Positions 1 through 9,585 are shown, counted from the stretch's first letter. The stretch: 32,000 nt of DNA from Xylanibacter ruminicola 23 (GCF_000025925.1 NC_014033.1:2070001-2102000), one strand, 5' to 3'. The notes: a model not told the origin generated them from the letters alone. Numbers and translations are program-made.

Positions 1-104
1 CCGATCAGTCCGGCCACCTTATGCTGCATCTTCATGCCAGCCAGTCCAAGAACAATGAACGACAGCAGTGGCAGAAGCATGATAAAGATTGTATATCCAA
101 ACAT
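1..104 (-). CDS. nuoL: NADH-quinone oxidoreductase subunit L, N-terminal fragment (continues beyond window start)
   Basis: Not in the ORF track because it is truncated. The reverse complement from ATG at 104..102 reads MFGYTIFIMLLPLLSFIVLGLAGMKMQHKVAGLIG, a hydrophobic TM start. It lies directly downstream of nuoK in canonical nuo order. Confidence 0.6.
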   Translation of the reverse strand, partial: MFGYTIFIMLLPLLSFIVLGLAGMKMQHKVAGLI

Positions 105-106
105 AA

Positions 107-141
107 TGTTTACTGTTTAATCTTTAATGTTTAATGTTAAA
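107..141. repeat. Heptad-periodic leader array (5 units) between nuoK and nuoL
   Basis: TGTTTAC TGTTTAA TCTTTAA TGTTTAA TGTTAAA in exact 7-nt phase. Confidence 0.75.
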
Positions 142-450
142 CTATCGTTTCATATTCTGGATAGCCTCAACACTATCACTCTTGAACTTGCGATACACGT
201 TGATGATAATAGCGATGGCAACTGCGCTCTCGGCAGCAGCTACACCAATCACGAAGAGTGTCATGAACATGCCCTCCATACCGTTTGGATAAAGCAAGCG
301 GTTGATAGCGGCAAAGTTGATATCCACGGCGTTCAGCACCAGCTCAACCGAGATGAGCATGGCAATCAGGTTGCGACGTGTAGTGAAACCATATACACCG
401 ATAAAGAACAACAGGGCACTCAGTGCGAAATAACATTCTACTGGAATCAT
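142..450 (-). CDS. nuoK: NADH-quinone oxidoreductase subunit K
   Basis: 102 aa, three TM segments, with a conserved NuoK-like core (RRNLIAMLISVELVLNAVDINF). Overlaps the nuoJ stop by 4 nt. Confidence 0.9.
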   Translation of the reverse strand: MIPVECYFALSALLFFIGVYGFTTRRNLIAMLISVELVLNAVDINFAAINRLLYPNGMEGMFMTLFVIGVAAAESAVAIAIIINVYRKFKSDSVEAIQNMKR

Positions 451-962
451 GCTTTATCCTCCTTTCTTGCTACAACCAAGCCACCGATGATACATGCCAG
501 CAGGAATACTGAGATGAACTCGAAAGGCAGTACATACTGATATTTACCCGAACCAACGAGAGCAGTACCAATCTCCTTCATAGGTACCTCTACGCCAGCA
601 ATCTCCTGTGTATAGAAACCAGTCTTAAGCAGAATCAATCCTACTACCACCAGTCCGGCCAGGGCGGCCAGGGCGCCAGTAATCATCTTGCTACTCTTAA
701 CTCGCTCCTCCAAACCCTGAAGTGTGCGCTTGCTTACCAACTGGATGGCAAACACATAGATCATCGTAACGCCACCGGCATATACGCTAATCTGAGCGGC
801 TCCAAGGAAGGTGTAATCCAGCAGGAAGTAGATACCTGCTACACCAAAGAGCACAAACAACATGAATGTTGCGGCTCGCATAATCTTCGTCGTGGTCACA
901 CACATCAGTGCCGAAGCAATGATGAATACCGCGAGAATGATAAACATAACTGTATTACCCAT
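447..962 (-). CDS. nuoJ: NADH-quinone oxidoreductase subunit J
   Basis: 171-aa polytopic membrane protein between nuoI and nuoK. Has a NuoJ-like GAAQISVYAGGV segment. Confidence 0.85.
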   Translation of the reverse strand: MGNTVMFIILAVFIIASALMCVTTTKIMRAATFMLFVLFGVAGIYFLLDYTFLGAAQISVYAGGVTMIYVFAIQLVSKRTLQGLEERVKSSKMITGALAALAGLVVVGLILLKTGFYTQEIAGVEVPMKEIGTALVGSGKYQYVLPFEFISVFLLACIIGGLVVARKEDKA

Positions 963-968
963 AATGCG

Positions 969-1514
969 TTACTTGGTTTTAGTGTTAAACTTACCGACCT
1001 GCCATTCGGCACCACCCTCAATCAGGTTAGGCAGAGAGCCACCAGCGTAAACCTCCTCGTTCAAGTGCAGTACCAGACGAGAGCGGTCGAACACAGCGTT
1101 CTCAAAGTCGTTTGTAAACTCGATGGCGTCAAAGTTGCAGGCGTTGGTACACAACTGGCAGAACATACAGTCGCCCAGGTCGTACGCATAATCGTCCAGC
1201 ACCTTCTTTTTCTTGCCTGTCTCAGGATCCTCAGCCATATGGGCAGTAATCTTGATGGTTCCGTTAGGACAGGCCTTTTCGCACAATGTGCAAGCGGTAC
1301 ACTTGTAGCTGCCATCCTCGTTGCGCTTAAAGGTCAAGCGACCACGGTGACGCTTTGATACGTGCAGTGTAGTCTTGCGGTTTTCGGGATACTGCTCTGT
1401 CGACTTATTGGTGAAGAAATCCTTGAAATACTCCTTCCAAGTAATCTTCATACCTGTAGCCAAAGTCTTCAGGCCGTGTCCGATTTCTCCGAAATATGTT
1501 TTGTTATCTTCCAT
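969..1514 (-). CDS. nuoI: NADH-quinone oxidoreductase subunit I (2x[4Fe-4S] ferredoxin)
   Basis: Two ferredoxin-type cysteine clusters, CTACTLCEKACP and CMFCQLCTNAC. Positioned between nuoH and nuoJ. Confidence 0.9.
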   Translation of the reverse strand: MEDNKTYFGEIGHGLKTLATGMKITWKEYFKDFFTNKSTEQYPENRKTTLHVSKRHRGRLTFKRNEDGSYKCTACTLCEKACPNGTIKITAHMAEDPETGKKKKVLDDYAYDLGDCMFCQLCTNACNFDAIEFTNDFENAVFDRSRLVLHLNEEVYAGGSLPNLIEGGAEWQVGKFNTKTK

Positions 1515-1523
1515 TGCTATACC

Positions 1524-2612
1524 TTATTTAATATATAGGCCCAGGGCCACAACAACAGTCATAATTACCAGGTTGATAAGTCCCAGAGGCATCAAGTACT
1601 TCCACTCCAGCTTCAGGATCTGGTCGATACGCAAACGTGGGAAAGTCCACTTCACCCACATCAGCAACCAAACCACCAGCAGGGTCTTGCCAAAGAACCA
1701 TACGATACCGGGGATGTAGTTCATCACGGTATCAAAGGCATCCACACCAATGTTGATAGGAGCCCAACCACCCAGGAATACAGCCGAAGCCAGTCCAGCG
1801 ATGATAAACAGGTTCAGGAACTCAGCCAGGTAGAAGAAACCGAAGCCCATACCCGAGTACTCAGTGTGGTGACCGGCAGTCAACTCACTCTCAGCCTCAG
1901 CCATATCAAACGGACCACGGTTAGCCTCGGCATTACCAGCAATCAGGAACACTACAAAGGCGATGATGGCAGGGATATGACCCTGGAAAATCAACCACTT
2001 AAAGGCACCTGTCTGAGCCTCAACGATACCACTCATCTGCATGGTACCTGTCAGGATCACAGCGGTAATCAGACAGAGGCAGAGCGACATCTCGTACGAG
2101 ATCATCTGAACAGCAGCACGCATGGCCGAAACCACCGAGTACTTATTGTTCGAACCCCAACCAGCCAGGAAGATACCTACCACACCAATCGATGAGATAG
2201 CAGTTACCAGGAAGATACCTACATTAAAGTCAAGCACTTGGGCACCATTGTTCCAAGGCAGGAAGCTGAAGGTTCCTACCGACGCAATGATTACCAGCAG
2301 TGGAGCTACAGCATACAGCAGCTTATCAGCACGATCCACGAAGAAGATCTCCTTCACGAGCATCTTCAGTACATCGGCAAAAATCTGCAGGGTACCGTGG
2401 AAACCTACACGGGTAGGTCCCAGTCGGCACTGGAAATAAGCGCATACCCAGCGCTCCATCATAATCATCAGCATGGCAATCAGCGCATATCCAGCCAGGA
2501 TACCAGCGCCAACCAGCACGCATTCAATCAATATCGACCAGAAATCTCCTAAGCCAAGTGTATCGCGCAGGAGAGCGTCGAACCATGTTGTAAATATAGA
2601 AAAGTCGAACAT
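1524..2612 (-). CDS. nuoH: NADH-quinone oxidoreductase subunit H
   Basis: 362-aa polytopic membrane protein with NuoH/ND1-like motifs (RLGPTRVG, EAESELTAGHHTEYSGM). Confidence 0.9.
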   Translation of the reverse strand: MFDFSIFTTWFDALLRDTLGLGDFWSILIECVLVGAGILAGYALIAMLMIMMERWVCAYFQCRLGPTRVGFHGTLQIFADVLKMLVKEIFFVDRADKLLYAVAPLLVIIASVGTFSFLPWNNGAQVLDFNVGIFLVTAISSIGVVGIFLAGWGSNNKYSVVSAMRAAVQMISYEMSLCLCLITAVILTGTMQMSGIVEAQTGAFKWLIFQGHIPAIIAFVVFLIAGNAEANRGPFDMAEAESELTAGHHTEYSGMGFGFFYLAEFLNLFIIAGLASAVFLGGWAPINIGVDAFDTVMNYIPGIVWFFGKTLLVVWLLMWVKWTFPRLRIDQILKLEWKYLMPLGLINLVIMTVVVALGLYIK

Positions 2613-2616
2613 AATC

Positions 2617-2645
2617 TTTACTTTTTACATTATTACATTTTTACA
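2617..2645. repeat. 8-nt periodic leader array between nuoCD and nuoH
   Basis: TTTAC TTTTTACA TTATTACA TTTTTACA. Confidence 0.65.
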
Positions 2646-2651
2646 TTTCGA

Positions 2652-4217
2652 CTATCTGTCGATATCAGGAATTACAACGTCAATAGCAGCACAAGTCGCA
2701 ATCAGGTCGGCAATCTTCTGACCACGCAGCATGGGGTCGAAAGCACCTACCAGCGAGAGTCCCATGGGTCGCATCTTCATGCGGTATGGACTCTTGTCGC
2801 CACGCGAGTCGAGATAAACACCAAACTCACCAGCCACACCCTCAACCGAGTAGTACCACTGTCCCTCGGGCACCTTGATGATAGGCTTCTGCTTCACGTA
2901 GAAGTCACCCTCAGGGATATTGTCGATGAGCTGCTCGATAATGTTCAAGCTCTGGTACATCTCGTTGATGTGAACCAGGTAGCGGTCCATAGAGTCGCAA
3001 CCAGTCAGTGTGCACTGCTCCCACTCTACCTTGTCATACATATCATATGGGTGGTTCTTACGCACATCACTCTTCCAACCCGAAGCACGTCCGGCAGGAC
3101 CGGTCACTGCATACGAGATACAGTCCTCCAGGCTCATTGGTCCGCACTTCTCCAGTCGGTTGTGTGTAATCACGTTATCACCAAACACATCCATGTACTC
3201 CTGAATCATGGGTCGCAGGTACTTCACCAGTGCCTTTACGTTCGATACAAAGTTAGGATCGATATCATCCTGCAGTCCACCTATTCTATAATAGTTCTGA
3301 ATCAGGCGTCCACCGGTGGTCTCCTCCATACAGTTCAGCACATGCTCACGATCGCGCATACCATACAGGAAGGCAGTCAGAGCGCCCAAGTCCTGAGCCA
3401 CACACGAGGTGTACAGCAGGTGACTGTCCAAACGCTGCAGCTCATCCATAATGGTACGGATGTACTTAATGCGGTCGGTCAGCTCAACCTCCATGGCCTC
3501 CTCAATCACACCTACCAATGCATGACGATGCTGCATGGCACCCAGGTAGTTCAGTCGGTCGGTCAGAGCCAGTGTCTGAGGATAGGTCATACCCTCCCAC
3601 ATCTTCTCGATACCACGATGAATATAACCAAAGTGAGGATAGATGCGCTTCACGGTCTCACCGTCCAGCACAGTCTGCAAACGCAGCACACCATGGGTAG
3701 CAGGGTGCTGGGGACCAATGTTAATCACATAGTCGTCGGCCTCAAACAGCTTGTTCTGCTTGCACTGCAGCTTACCCTCCTTGTCCAGATAGTACTCCAG
3801 ACCGTAGTCAGGCTCTACGTCATCCTCCAGGGTGTACTTGTCGTTAAACTCCCAGTCCTTACGGAAGGGGTGACCCTTAAAGTCGGTACGCAGGAACAGG
3901 CGACGCATATCCTTATGACCCAGGAACACGATGCCAAAGAAATCGTAAACCTCGCGCTCCAGCAGGTCGGCCACCTTCCAGATATCTGATACAGTAGGGA
4001 TATAAGGCGTGTCGTTTTGAGTCTGGGCCAGCTGCTTCACAGCACAACGCTCGTGGGTGTTGGTATTCTCAAGGATATACACACAACCCAGACCTTCTTC
4101 TCCACCAAAATCCTCACCTACGATAGTTACAAGATAGTCAAAGCCTTTCTTGCTCTTCAAGTTCAGCATCTCCGAGGCGAACTTCTCAAAGTCGAATGAT
4201 AAAAATTCTAATTTCAT
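2652..4217 (-). CDS. nuoCD: Fused NADH-quinone oxidoreductase subunits C and D
   Basis: The N-terminal part has the NuoC motif LLEREVYDFFGIVFLGH. The remainder has the NuoD motif GPQHPATHGVLRL and ends in DIDR. ATGA overlap with the nuoB stop. It is followed directly by nuoH, with no nuoEFG. Confidence 0.9.
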   Translation of the reverse strand: MKLEFLSFDFEKFASEMLNLKSKKGFDYLVTIVGEDFGGEEGLGCVYILENTNTHERCAVKQLAQTQNDTPYIPTVSDIWKVADLLEREVYDFFGIVFLGHKDMRRLFLRTDFKGHPFRKDWEFNDKYTLEDDVEPDYGLEYYLDKEGKLQCKQNKLFEADDYVINIGPQHPATHGVLRLQTVLDGETVKRIYPHFGYIHRGIEKMWEGMTYPQTLALTDRLNYLGAMQHRHALVGVIEEAMEVELTDRIKYIRTIMDELQRLDSHLLYTSCVAQDLGALTAFLYGMRDREHVLNCMEETTGGRLIQNYYRIGGLQDDIDPNFVSNVKALVKYLRPMIQEYMDVFGDNVITHNRLEKCGPMSLEDCISYAVTGPAGRASGWKSDVRKNHPYDMYDKVEWEQCTLTGCDSMDRYLVHINEMYQSLNIIEQLIDNIPEGDFYVKQKPIIKVPEGQWYYSVEGVAGEFGVYLDSRGDKSPYRMKMRPMGLSLVGAFDPMLRGQKIADLIATCAAIDVVIPDIDR

Positions 4218-5005
4218 GCCTTGTCCTCCCCTTTGTTAGATTGAACATTGACCATTGAACATTGACCATTATTTGCAGCACCACTGACCTCCGAATGGTC
4301 AATGGTCAATGGTGAATGGTCAATGGAAAAATCCTCGGGTACATCTGTTACAACGATGGGTTCTCTACGATGATCACCCAGGTTGTTACGGAATGTCAAC
4401 TCCTCGTTCGATACACCCAGCTCGCGCTCCTCAGCGTCCTGCTTGTGGTTAGCACCTCCAAAGAATTTCTCTACCTTCACCTTACGCTGCAGCTGCATCA
4501 TACCATACATGATAGCCTCTGGACGTGGGGGACAGCCAGGGATGAACACATCCACGGGCACAATCTCCTCGATACCCTTTACCACATGGTAGCTCGACTT
4601 GAAAGGACCACCGCTGATGGCACATCCACCAACAGCTACCACATACTTAGGCTCAGCCATCTGATCGTACAAACGCTTCAGGGCTGGGGCCATCTTGTGG
4701 GTGATGGTACCTGCACACATAATCAGGTCGGCCTGTCGTGGTGAGTTACGTGTTACCTCGAAACCAAATCGGGCAAAGTCGTAACGTGAGCAACCACAAG
4801 CCATAAACTCAATACCACAGCATGATGTAGCAAAGGTCAGCGACCACAGTGAGTTACTACGTCCCCAGTTAATCAACTGGTCGAGCGAACCTGTCACCAC
4901 GTTTACGCCACCCTCATGCAGCTCGTCGATAATCTTCTCCAACGACTCGTTGTCGTTCCACTCCTCGTAAGGAATGCTCTTGATGTGGGGCTTTCTTACT
5001 TCCAT
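4214..5005 (-). CDS. nuoB: NADH-quinone oxidoreductase subunit B with an unusual ~35-aa C-terminal tail
   Basis: NuoB motifs SCCGIEFMA and GCPPRPE. The tail SIDHSPLTIDHSEVSGAANNGQCSMVNVQSNKGEDKA is encoded by the heptad inverted repeat at 4241-4326. Confidence 0.9.
   Translation of the reverse strand: MEVRKPHIKSIPYEEWNDNESLEKIIDELHEGGVNVVTGSLDQLINWGRSNSLWSLTFATSCCGIEFMACGCSRYDFARFGFEVTRNSPRQADLIMCAGTITHKMAPALKRLYDQMAEPKYVVAVGGCAISGGPFKSSYHVVKGIEEIVPVDVFIPGCPPRPEAIMYGMMQLQRKVKVEKFFGGANHKQDAEERELGVSNEELTFRNNLGDHRREPIVVTDVPEDFSIDHSPLTIDHSEVSGAANNGQCSMVNVQSNKGEDKA
4241..4326. repeat. Inverted pair of heptad arrays inside the nuoB 3' end
   Basis: Left arm TTGAACATTGACCATTGAACATTGACCATT (4241-4270). 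Right arm GAATGGTCAATGGTCAATGGTGAATGGTCAATGG (4293-4326). About 27 of 30 positions are complementary, with a 22-nt spacer. Confidence 0.75.
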
Positions 5006-5346
5006 TCGAGATCTCCTTTCCGCCAGGCATAAGCCAAGCCTAATACCAGAACTACTAAGAAGAAGCCGATGCTAAGCAGAGCCATTGCGCCGAACTCCTT
5101 CACTACCACAGCCCATGGATACAGAAACACCGTTTCCACATCGAACATGAGGAACAAGATGGCAAAGAGATAGAAACCTACCGAAACAGGCAACCATGAG
5201 CTGCCGCGGGTAGGAATACCGCTCTCATACGGCTCACCCTTGACCTTTGCGTAGGACCTTGGTCCCAACAGCTTGGCCAGCACGTAAGCCGCTACCACCA
5301 ATGTAATAGCCGTCACCAAGACGGTAATTAACAAAGTAAAGTTCAT
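4996..5346 (-). CDS. nuoA: NADH-quinone oxidoreductase subunit A
   Basis: 116 aa, three TM segments, NuoA-like FDVETVFLYPWA motif. First gene of the nuo cluster. Confidence 0.85.
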   Translation of the reverse strand: MNFTLLITVLVTAITLVVAAYVLAKLLGPRSYAKVKGEPYESGIPTRGSSWLPVSVGFYLFAILFLMFDVETVFLYPWAVVVKEFGAMALLSIGFFLVVLVLGLAYAWRKGDLEWK

Positions 5347-5400
5347 AAAAAGCTAACTATAATTATTTATTAATGTTTTAATTATTCCATTATCAAGTAG

Positions 5401-6912
5401 TTACTCACCCATCACCTCTGTAATAGGCTCACCCACACAGGCGTTTGGCTGCTGTATGTGCAGCTTCTGGCACACGGTAGGTGCTATATCGGTAATATGC
5501 ACTTCGCGACTGGTGGCCCCATGCTTCACCTGCCAACCGTAGAACAGCAGGGGGATATGGGCATCGTAGGGATTCCACTCGCCATGAGTGGTGCCGATGG
5601 GCGACGAGCCCTTGCCAAATCCGTACCAGCCTGGCTCCAGCATAAAGATGATATCACCCGAACGGTCGTGATGATACCCCTTCAGGGCACGCTCTTTCAG
5701 CATCTCAGGCACGGGAGCTGTGGCAGCCTTCTTGAAATCAAAGGCGAAAGCAACATGTGGTGTCTTCAGTAACTCCTCTACCACCACCTCGCGCACTTTC
5801 TCCTCGTCGAGCCCCTGCTCACGGATAGCCTCTTTGTCCAGCACCAGACGGTAGTCCAGACAGTCTTTGATGATATTCTTAGTCAGGTGCAGTCGCTCCT
5901 GCAAGCGCTTAGCAGCCTCGCCGCTATACATCTCGTCGAACATAAACGGACCTCCGCCCAAACGGTGGTCTTCCATGAACTTAAAGTTATGCGCAGCGCC
6001 ATGGTCGGCAGTCAGGAATACCAGGTAGTTACCCTCGCCCACCTGTTCGTCGAAAGCCTTCAGCAGTTTGGCGATATCCTTATCCAGCTCCAGGTAAGCC
6101 TCGTCGGTATGCTCGCCACGGGTGCCGTACTCATGTCCGATCACATCTGTCTGCGAGAAGCTGATACACAGCATATCCGTCTCTTCGCCCTTACCAAGCT
6201 GTTCGCCTTTTAAAGCAGCAATGGCCATATCAGCAGTGATATGACCACACAATGGATACAGTCCGACGTTCTTACCTACCTTCTGTAGCTCTTTGTTTTT
6301 CTTCAGCTGGGCGTTATACTCCTTGGCCCATTTAGGCAGTTCCTGCATATACCAGGTGCTGCTGATAAACTGTCCGGCCTTGGTATCAATCCAATAGGCA
6401 GCATTGGCACTTCGTCCGGCAGGCAGAATGGCTGCACGGTCCTTGTAGCTCACACCAATCACCTTCGACTTAAAGTCGGTATGCAGTCGCAGCTGGTCGC
6501 CAATGGTGTTGGCCAACAGGTTTACGGGCGACGAGGCATCTTTCTTGTTACTACCCACGGTCGTTACGTCGTGATCCTCGCAACTGCTGATCTTCACGCC
6601 GTTCTTGTAAAAGGCGTTACCGCAGATGCCATGAAAAGCGGGAGTTGTACCTGTGTAAACGCTGGTATGTCCGATGGCAGTTACGGTGGGCAGATAATTA
6701 ATAAGGCAGTTATTACATGAGTATCCTTGGTTAATGAGGCGCTTCAGTCCGTCCTCCTGATACTGATTGTAATATCTGCCCAGATAATCCCAACGCATCT
6801 GATCAACTACGATTCCTACCACGAGCTTAGGGCGCTCGTTAAACTGCGTTTGTGCCTGACTGTCAACAACATAGCACAACGCCAATGCAACGAATAGTAT
6901 CAATCTTTTCAT
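5401..6912 (-). CDS. Secreted alkaline phosphatase / nucleotide pyrophosphatase (NPP, PafA-like) family protein
   Basis: Signal peptide MKRLILFVALALCYVVDSQAQ. NPP-type nucleophile region PTVTAIGHTSVYTGTTP, plus DQMRWDY and LTADHG metal-site motifs. Start trimmed from the ORF-track TTG (6924) to ATG at 6912. Confidence 0.8.
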   Translation of the reverse strand: MKRLILFVALALCYVVDSQAQTQFNERPKLVVGIVVDQMRWDYLGRYYNQYQEDGLKRLINQGYSCNNCLINYLPTVTAIGHTSVYTGTTPAFHGICGNAFYKNGVKISSCEDHDVTTVGSNKKDASSPVNLLANTIGDQLRLHTDFKSKVIGVSYKDRAAILPAGRSANAAYWIDTKAGQFISSTWYMQELPKWAKEYNAQLKKNKELQKVGKNVGLYPLCGHITADMAIAALKGEQLGKGEETDMLCISFSQTDVIGHEYGTRGEHTDEAYLELDKDIAKLLKAFDEQVGEGNYLVFLTADHGAAHNFKFMEDHRLGGGPFMFDEMYSGEAAKRLQERLHLTKNIIKDCLDYRLVLDKEAIREQGLDEEKVREVVVEELLKTPHVAFAFDFKKAATAPVPEMLKERALKGYHHDRSGDIIFMLEPGWYGFGKGSSPIGTTHGEWNPYDAHIPLLFYGWQVKHGATSREVHITDIAPTVCQKLHIQQPNACVGEPITEVMGE

Positions 6913-6921
6913 AATTGGTTG

Positions 6922-6929
6922 CAAAGGTA
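6922..6929 (-). promoter_or_regulatory. Bacteroidota -7 promoter box TACCTTTG (TAnnTTTG) upstream of the phosphatase gene
   Basis: Plus strand caaaggta, reverse complement TACCTTTG, 10 nt upstream of ATG 6912. The -33 element was not verified. Confidence 0.4.
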
Positions 6930-6931
6930 AG

Positions 6932-6970
6932 AAAAATCCGCCAAAGTTCCAAATTCTCTGGCGGATTTTT
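6932..6970 (-). terminator. Rho-independent terminator after the mannan operon
   Basis: aaaaatccgcca (6932-6943) pairs with tggcggattttt (6959-6970), giving a 9-bp GC-rich stem AATCCGCCA/TGGCGGATT. It is flanked by A and T runs and lies immediately after the epimerase stop (6971-6973). Confidence 0.75.
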
Positions 6971-8245
6971 TTATCTCTCTATGATTTCTAGACACATGCG
7001 CGAATTGTGATACGGACATTTCCAGAAACCGGCTTTGTCATCTTTTGTGTTCAGCAAGCCGTTGGCATGCCTGCTCCAGTACCACTCACCGTGTTCGTAA
7101 TCAATCAGCTGTTTTTTGATATAATGCCAGCATTTTTCAGCACGATTCAGGGCCTCTTCATCGCCGAAATGCTGCCAGATATTATACCAGCCCACCACGT
7201 TCTCGGCCTGTACCCACCAGTGCAGATCATCATCCACATAGCCCGTATCCAGATTAGCCTCGTGTATCAGCGAACCATCGGGTCGCAAACCCTTCGCCGA
7301 TGCCTGTGCAACCGCTTGTACAATGGGTTCCACCTTGTTCAGCACCTGCTGGTCGCCCAGCACCAGAGCCGCCTCGTGCAACAGCCACGAGCACTCGATA
7401 TCATGACCGTAACTCTCCAGGTGGCCGGCCCCACGCGTCCAGTCCATTCCAAAGAACAGATCCAGGTGATTGGTCTCCTTGTTCAGTATCTTCTCTGTAA
7501 AGATATCTACCAAGTTTCTCAGTGCCCCTTCCACCTCGCTGATGGTCTGTGGCGGCACACTGATACCCACAGGCAGCACAGAGCCGATGGCCGACACATA
7601 GTCGCACGACTCCTGCACCTGCGCCTCTTTCAGACATCTCAGCAGGTTAGTATAAGGCTCGATAATATGCAAGTGGGTGTTCTGCGATTTGGGGTAGTTG
7701 GCATCCAGGTCCGACAGACGCATATCCGCTATCTCGCCCCACTCGCGCGTGCAGGCCTCGATATAGCCGTTATGTTCCCTGTCGAAGGCATGTTCCTCGA
7801 TACAGTCATACAGGTCCAGCGCATAGTCCAGTGCCTCTCTGTCGCCCGTTGCTCGGGCATATTCCGTCAGTCCGTAAATCATAAAGCCGATGGCATAAAA
7901 CTGCTTCTTGGTGTCCAGCGGGTTCCCCTCGCAATCTACGCTCCAGTACACGCCTCCATACTCCTGATCGATAAAATGCTCAATGATATAGTCCTTGGCT
8001 CTGGTAGCCGCTTCCAGATACTCCGGATGTTTCAGCACACGGAAAGCCGCCGAGAACGCCCAGAGGATACGGGCATTCAGGATAGCCCCCTTCTCGGCCT
8101 CGGGATGCAGTTCGCCGTCATGGGCCATGCGCCCGTAAAAGCCCCCATGCTCATAGTCCATCATCTGGTCGAGCCAGAAACGCAGGATGTTATTCTCCAG
8201 CACGTCCTGCATCTCGCGCTTCATCATATCAACACGTTCGTTCAT
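6971..8245 (-). CDS. N-acylglucosamine 2-epimerase (AGE) family protein, probable cellobiose/mannobiose 2-epimerase
   Basis: 424-aa AGE-fold-like sequence. Context matches the described Bacteroides fragilis mannan pathway (GH26, GH130, symporter, epimerase). ATGA overlap with the symporter stop. Confidence 0.8.
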   Translation of the reverse strand: MNERVDMMKREMQDVLENNILRFWLDQMMDYEHGGFYGRMAHDGELHPEAEKGAILNARILWAFSAAFRVLKHPEYLEAATRAKDYIIEHFIDQEYGGVYWSVDCEGNPLDTKKQFYAIGFMIYGLTEYARATGDREALDYALDLYDCIEEHAFDREHNGYIEACTREWGEIADMRLSDLDANYPKSQNTHLHIIEPYTNLLRCLKEAQVQESCDYVSAIGSVLPVGISVPPQTISEVEGALRNLVDIFTEKILNKETNHLDLFFGMDWTRGAGHLESYGHDIECSWLLHEAALVLGDQQVLNKVEPIVQAVAQASAKGLRPDGSLIHEANLDTGYVDDDLHWWVQAENVVGWYNIWQHFGDEEALNRAEKCWHYIKKQLIDYEHGEWYWSRHANGLLNTKDDKAGFWKCPYHNSRMCLEIIER

Positions 8246-9585
8246 TTCTTAATCGGATAAATCCAAGTCAGTACAATAATCAATCCTGCGATGATAGCAG
8301 GGAACAGCGAAAACAGGCTCCATACCATCGAGAGTACCGAACTGGTAATCGAGGCAGGGTCAACCATGGTGTTACCCATCTCATCCGTAATCATACTGGC
8401 ACCAGCCAGACCTAAGAAGAGGGCTACCAGCGAGCCCGAGATGGCCGTACCGAACTTCTGCGCCATGGTACCCGACGAGAAGATCAAGCCAGTCGATGAC
8501 GTACCGTTTTTCTCCGTAGCATAGTCGGCCACATCAGCATACATACTCCACAGCAGGGGCGAATACAAGCCGATGCCCACCGATGTGAGCACCACCAGTG
8601 CCACCATCACCCAGATATAGGCGGGATCCATGGGCACGAAGAAGAAAGCCACCGAAAAAACTACACAAATCAGCGCAGCCGCCATAAAGGCATTACGCTT
8701 CGAGCCAATCAGTTGGGTGAACTTTGGCGACACACCACCGAAAATCATACAAGTCAGCTCGCCAAAGGTCATAAACACGGTGTAGTTGATAATCAGTCCG
8801 CTCACCGTTACATCCCCATGCAAGCAGTATTCCAACAGATAGCCAGCCACAGCGTAGCGGAATCCGTTAAAAAAGTTTGTACAAATACCAATCAGTGTCA
8901 GGATAATCCAAGGCTTGTTCTTAAACAAGTCGCCAAACTGCTTAAACGAGAATTTCTCGGCGCGTACCGGCTTCAGACGCTCCTTGGTCAGGAAGCCGCA
9001 GGCCAGCGTTCCGGCAGCTGCCAGCACACCAAAGAAAGCACCCAGCACCGCATACTGGTGCTGCTCGGTGCCACCCACCAGACGCTGCAGGTAAGGGAAC
9101 GACAGCAGGGTCACAAATCCCATGGCATAGGCACCCACCATACGGAAACTCGAGAACTGGTTCTTCTCGTTGTCGTCATCCGTCATCACACCCAGCAGCG
9201 AGCCATAAGGCACGTTCACGGCAGTGTACATCGCCATCATCAGCAGATACAGACTGTAAGCCCAGATGCGCTTGCCCGTCAGTCCGAAGTCAGGCGTATA
9301 GAGCAGCAGGGCAAACACCAGTCCGAAGGGGATAGCGCCAAATATCAGCCAGGGGCGATAGGTGCCCCATTTGCTCTGTGTACGGTCGGCGAGCGATCCC
9401 ATCAGCGGGTCGGTCACCACATCAAACATACGTGCTATCAGCATCAGTGTCGCAGCATCAGCAAACGTCAGTCCAAACACATTTGTAAAAAACAGCGGGA
9501 AGGCAATCGACATAATTTTCCATGTAATACCACCAGCAGCCGCATCGCCCAAGGCGTAACCTATTTTCTCCTTTAAACTAGCCAT
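8242..9585 (-). CDS. Glycoside-pentoside-hexuronide (GPH):cation symporter family sugar transporter
   Basis: 447 aa, about 12 TM segments, GPH-type N-terminus (KIGYALGDAA...MFDVVTDPLMGSLADRT). Confidence 0.85.
   Translation of the reverse strand: MASLKEKIGYALGDAAAGGITWKIMSIAFPLFFTNVFGLTFADAATLMLIARMFDVVTDPLMGSLADRTQSKWGTYRPWLIFGAIPFGLVFALLLYTPDFGLTGKRIWAYSLYLLMMAMYTAVNVPYGSLLGVMTDDDNEKNQFSSFRMVGAYAMGFVTLLSFPYLQRLVGGTEQHQYAVLGAFFGVLAAAGTLACGFLTKERLKPVRAEKFSFKQFGDLFKNKPWIILTLIGICTNFFNGFRYAVAGYLLEYCLHGDVTVSGLIINYTVFMTFGELTCMIFGGVSPKFTQLIGSKRNAFMAAALICVVFSVAFFFVPMDPAYIWVMVALVVLTSVGIGLYSPLLWSMYADVADYATEKNGTSSTGLIFSSGTMAQKFGTAISGSLVALFLGLAGASMITDEMGNTMVDPASITSSVLSMVWSLFSLFPAIIAGLIIVLTWIYPIKK

Noticed and set aside
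1514-2660. Absence of nuoE, nuoF and nuoG between nuoCD and nuoH as a possible deletion
   Set aside because: As I recall, the Bacteroidota NDH-1-type complex naturally lacks the NADH-oxidising EFG module (11-subunit form). The direct nuoCD-nuoH junction is therefore expected.
2970-3989. Long plus-strand ORF (339 aa) and the shorter ones at 3010-3204 and 3518-3700, all opposite nuoCD
   Set aside because: They lie entirely antisense to a gene with unmistakable NuoC/NuoD motifs. The translation is Val/His/Gln/Leu-rich low-complexity sequence typical of shadow ORFs in GC-richer genes.
7007-9576. Plus-strand ORFs 7007-8260 (417 aa) and 8713-9576 (287 aa)
   Set aside because: They are antisense shadows of the AGE epimerase and the GPH symporter. 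They have no recognisable motifs and no independent start context.
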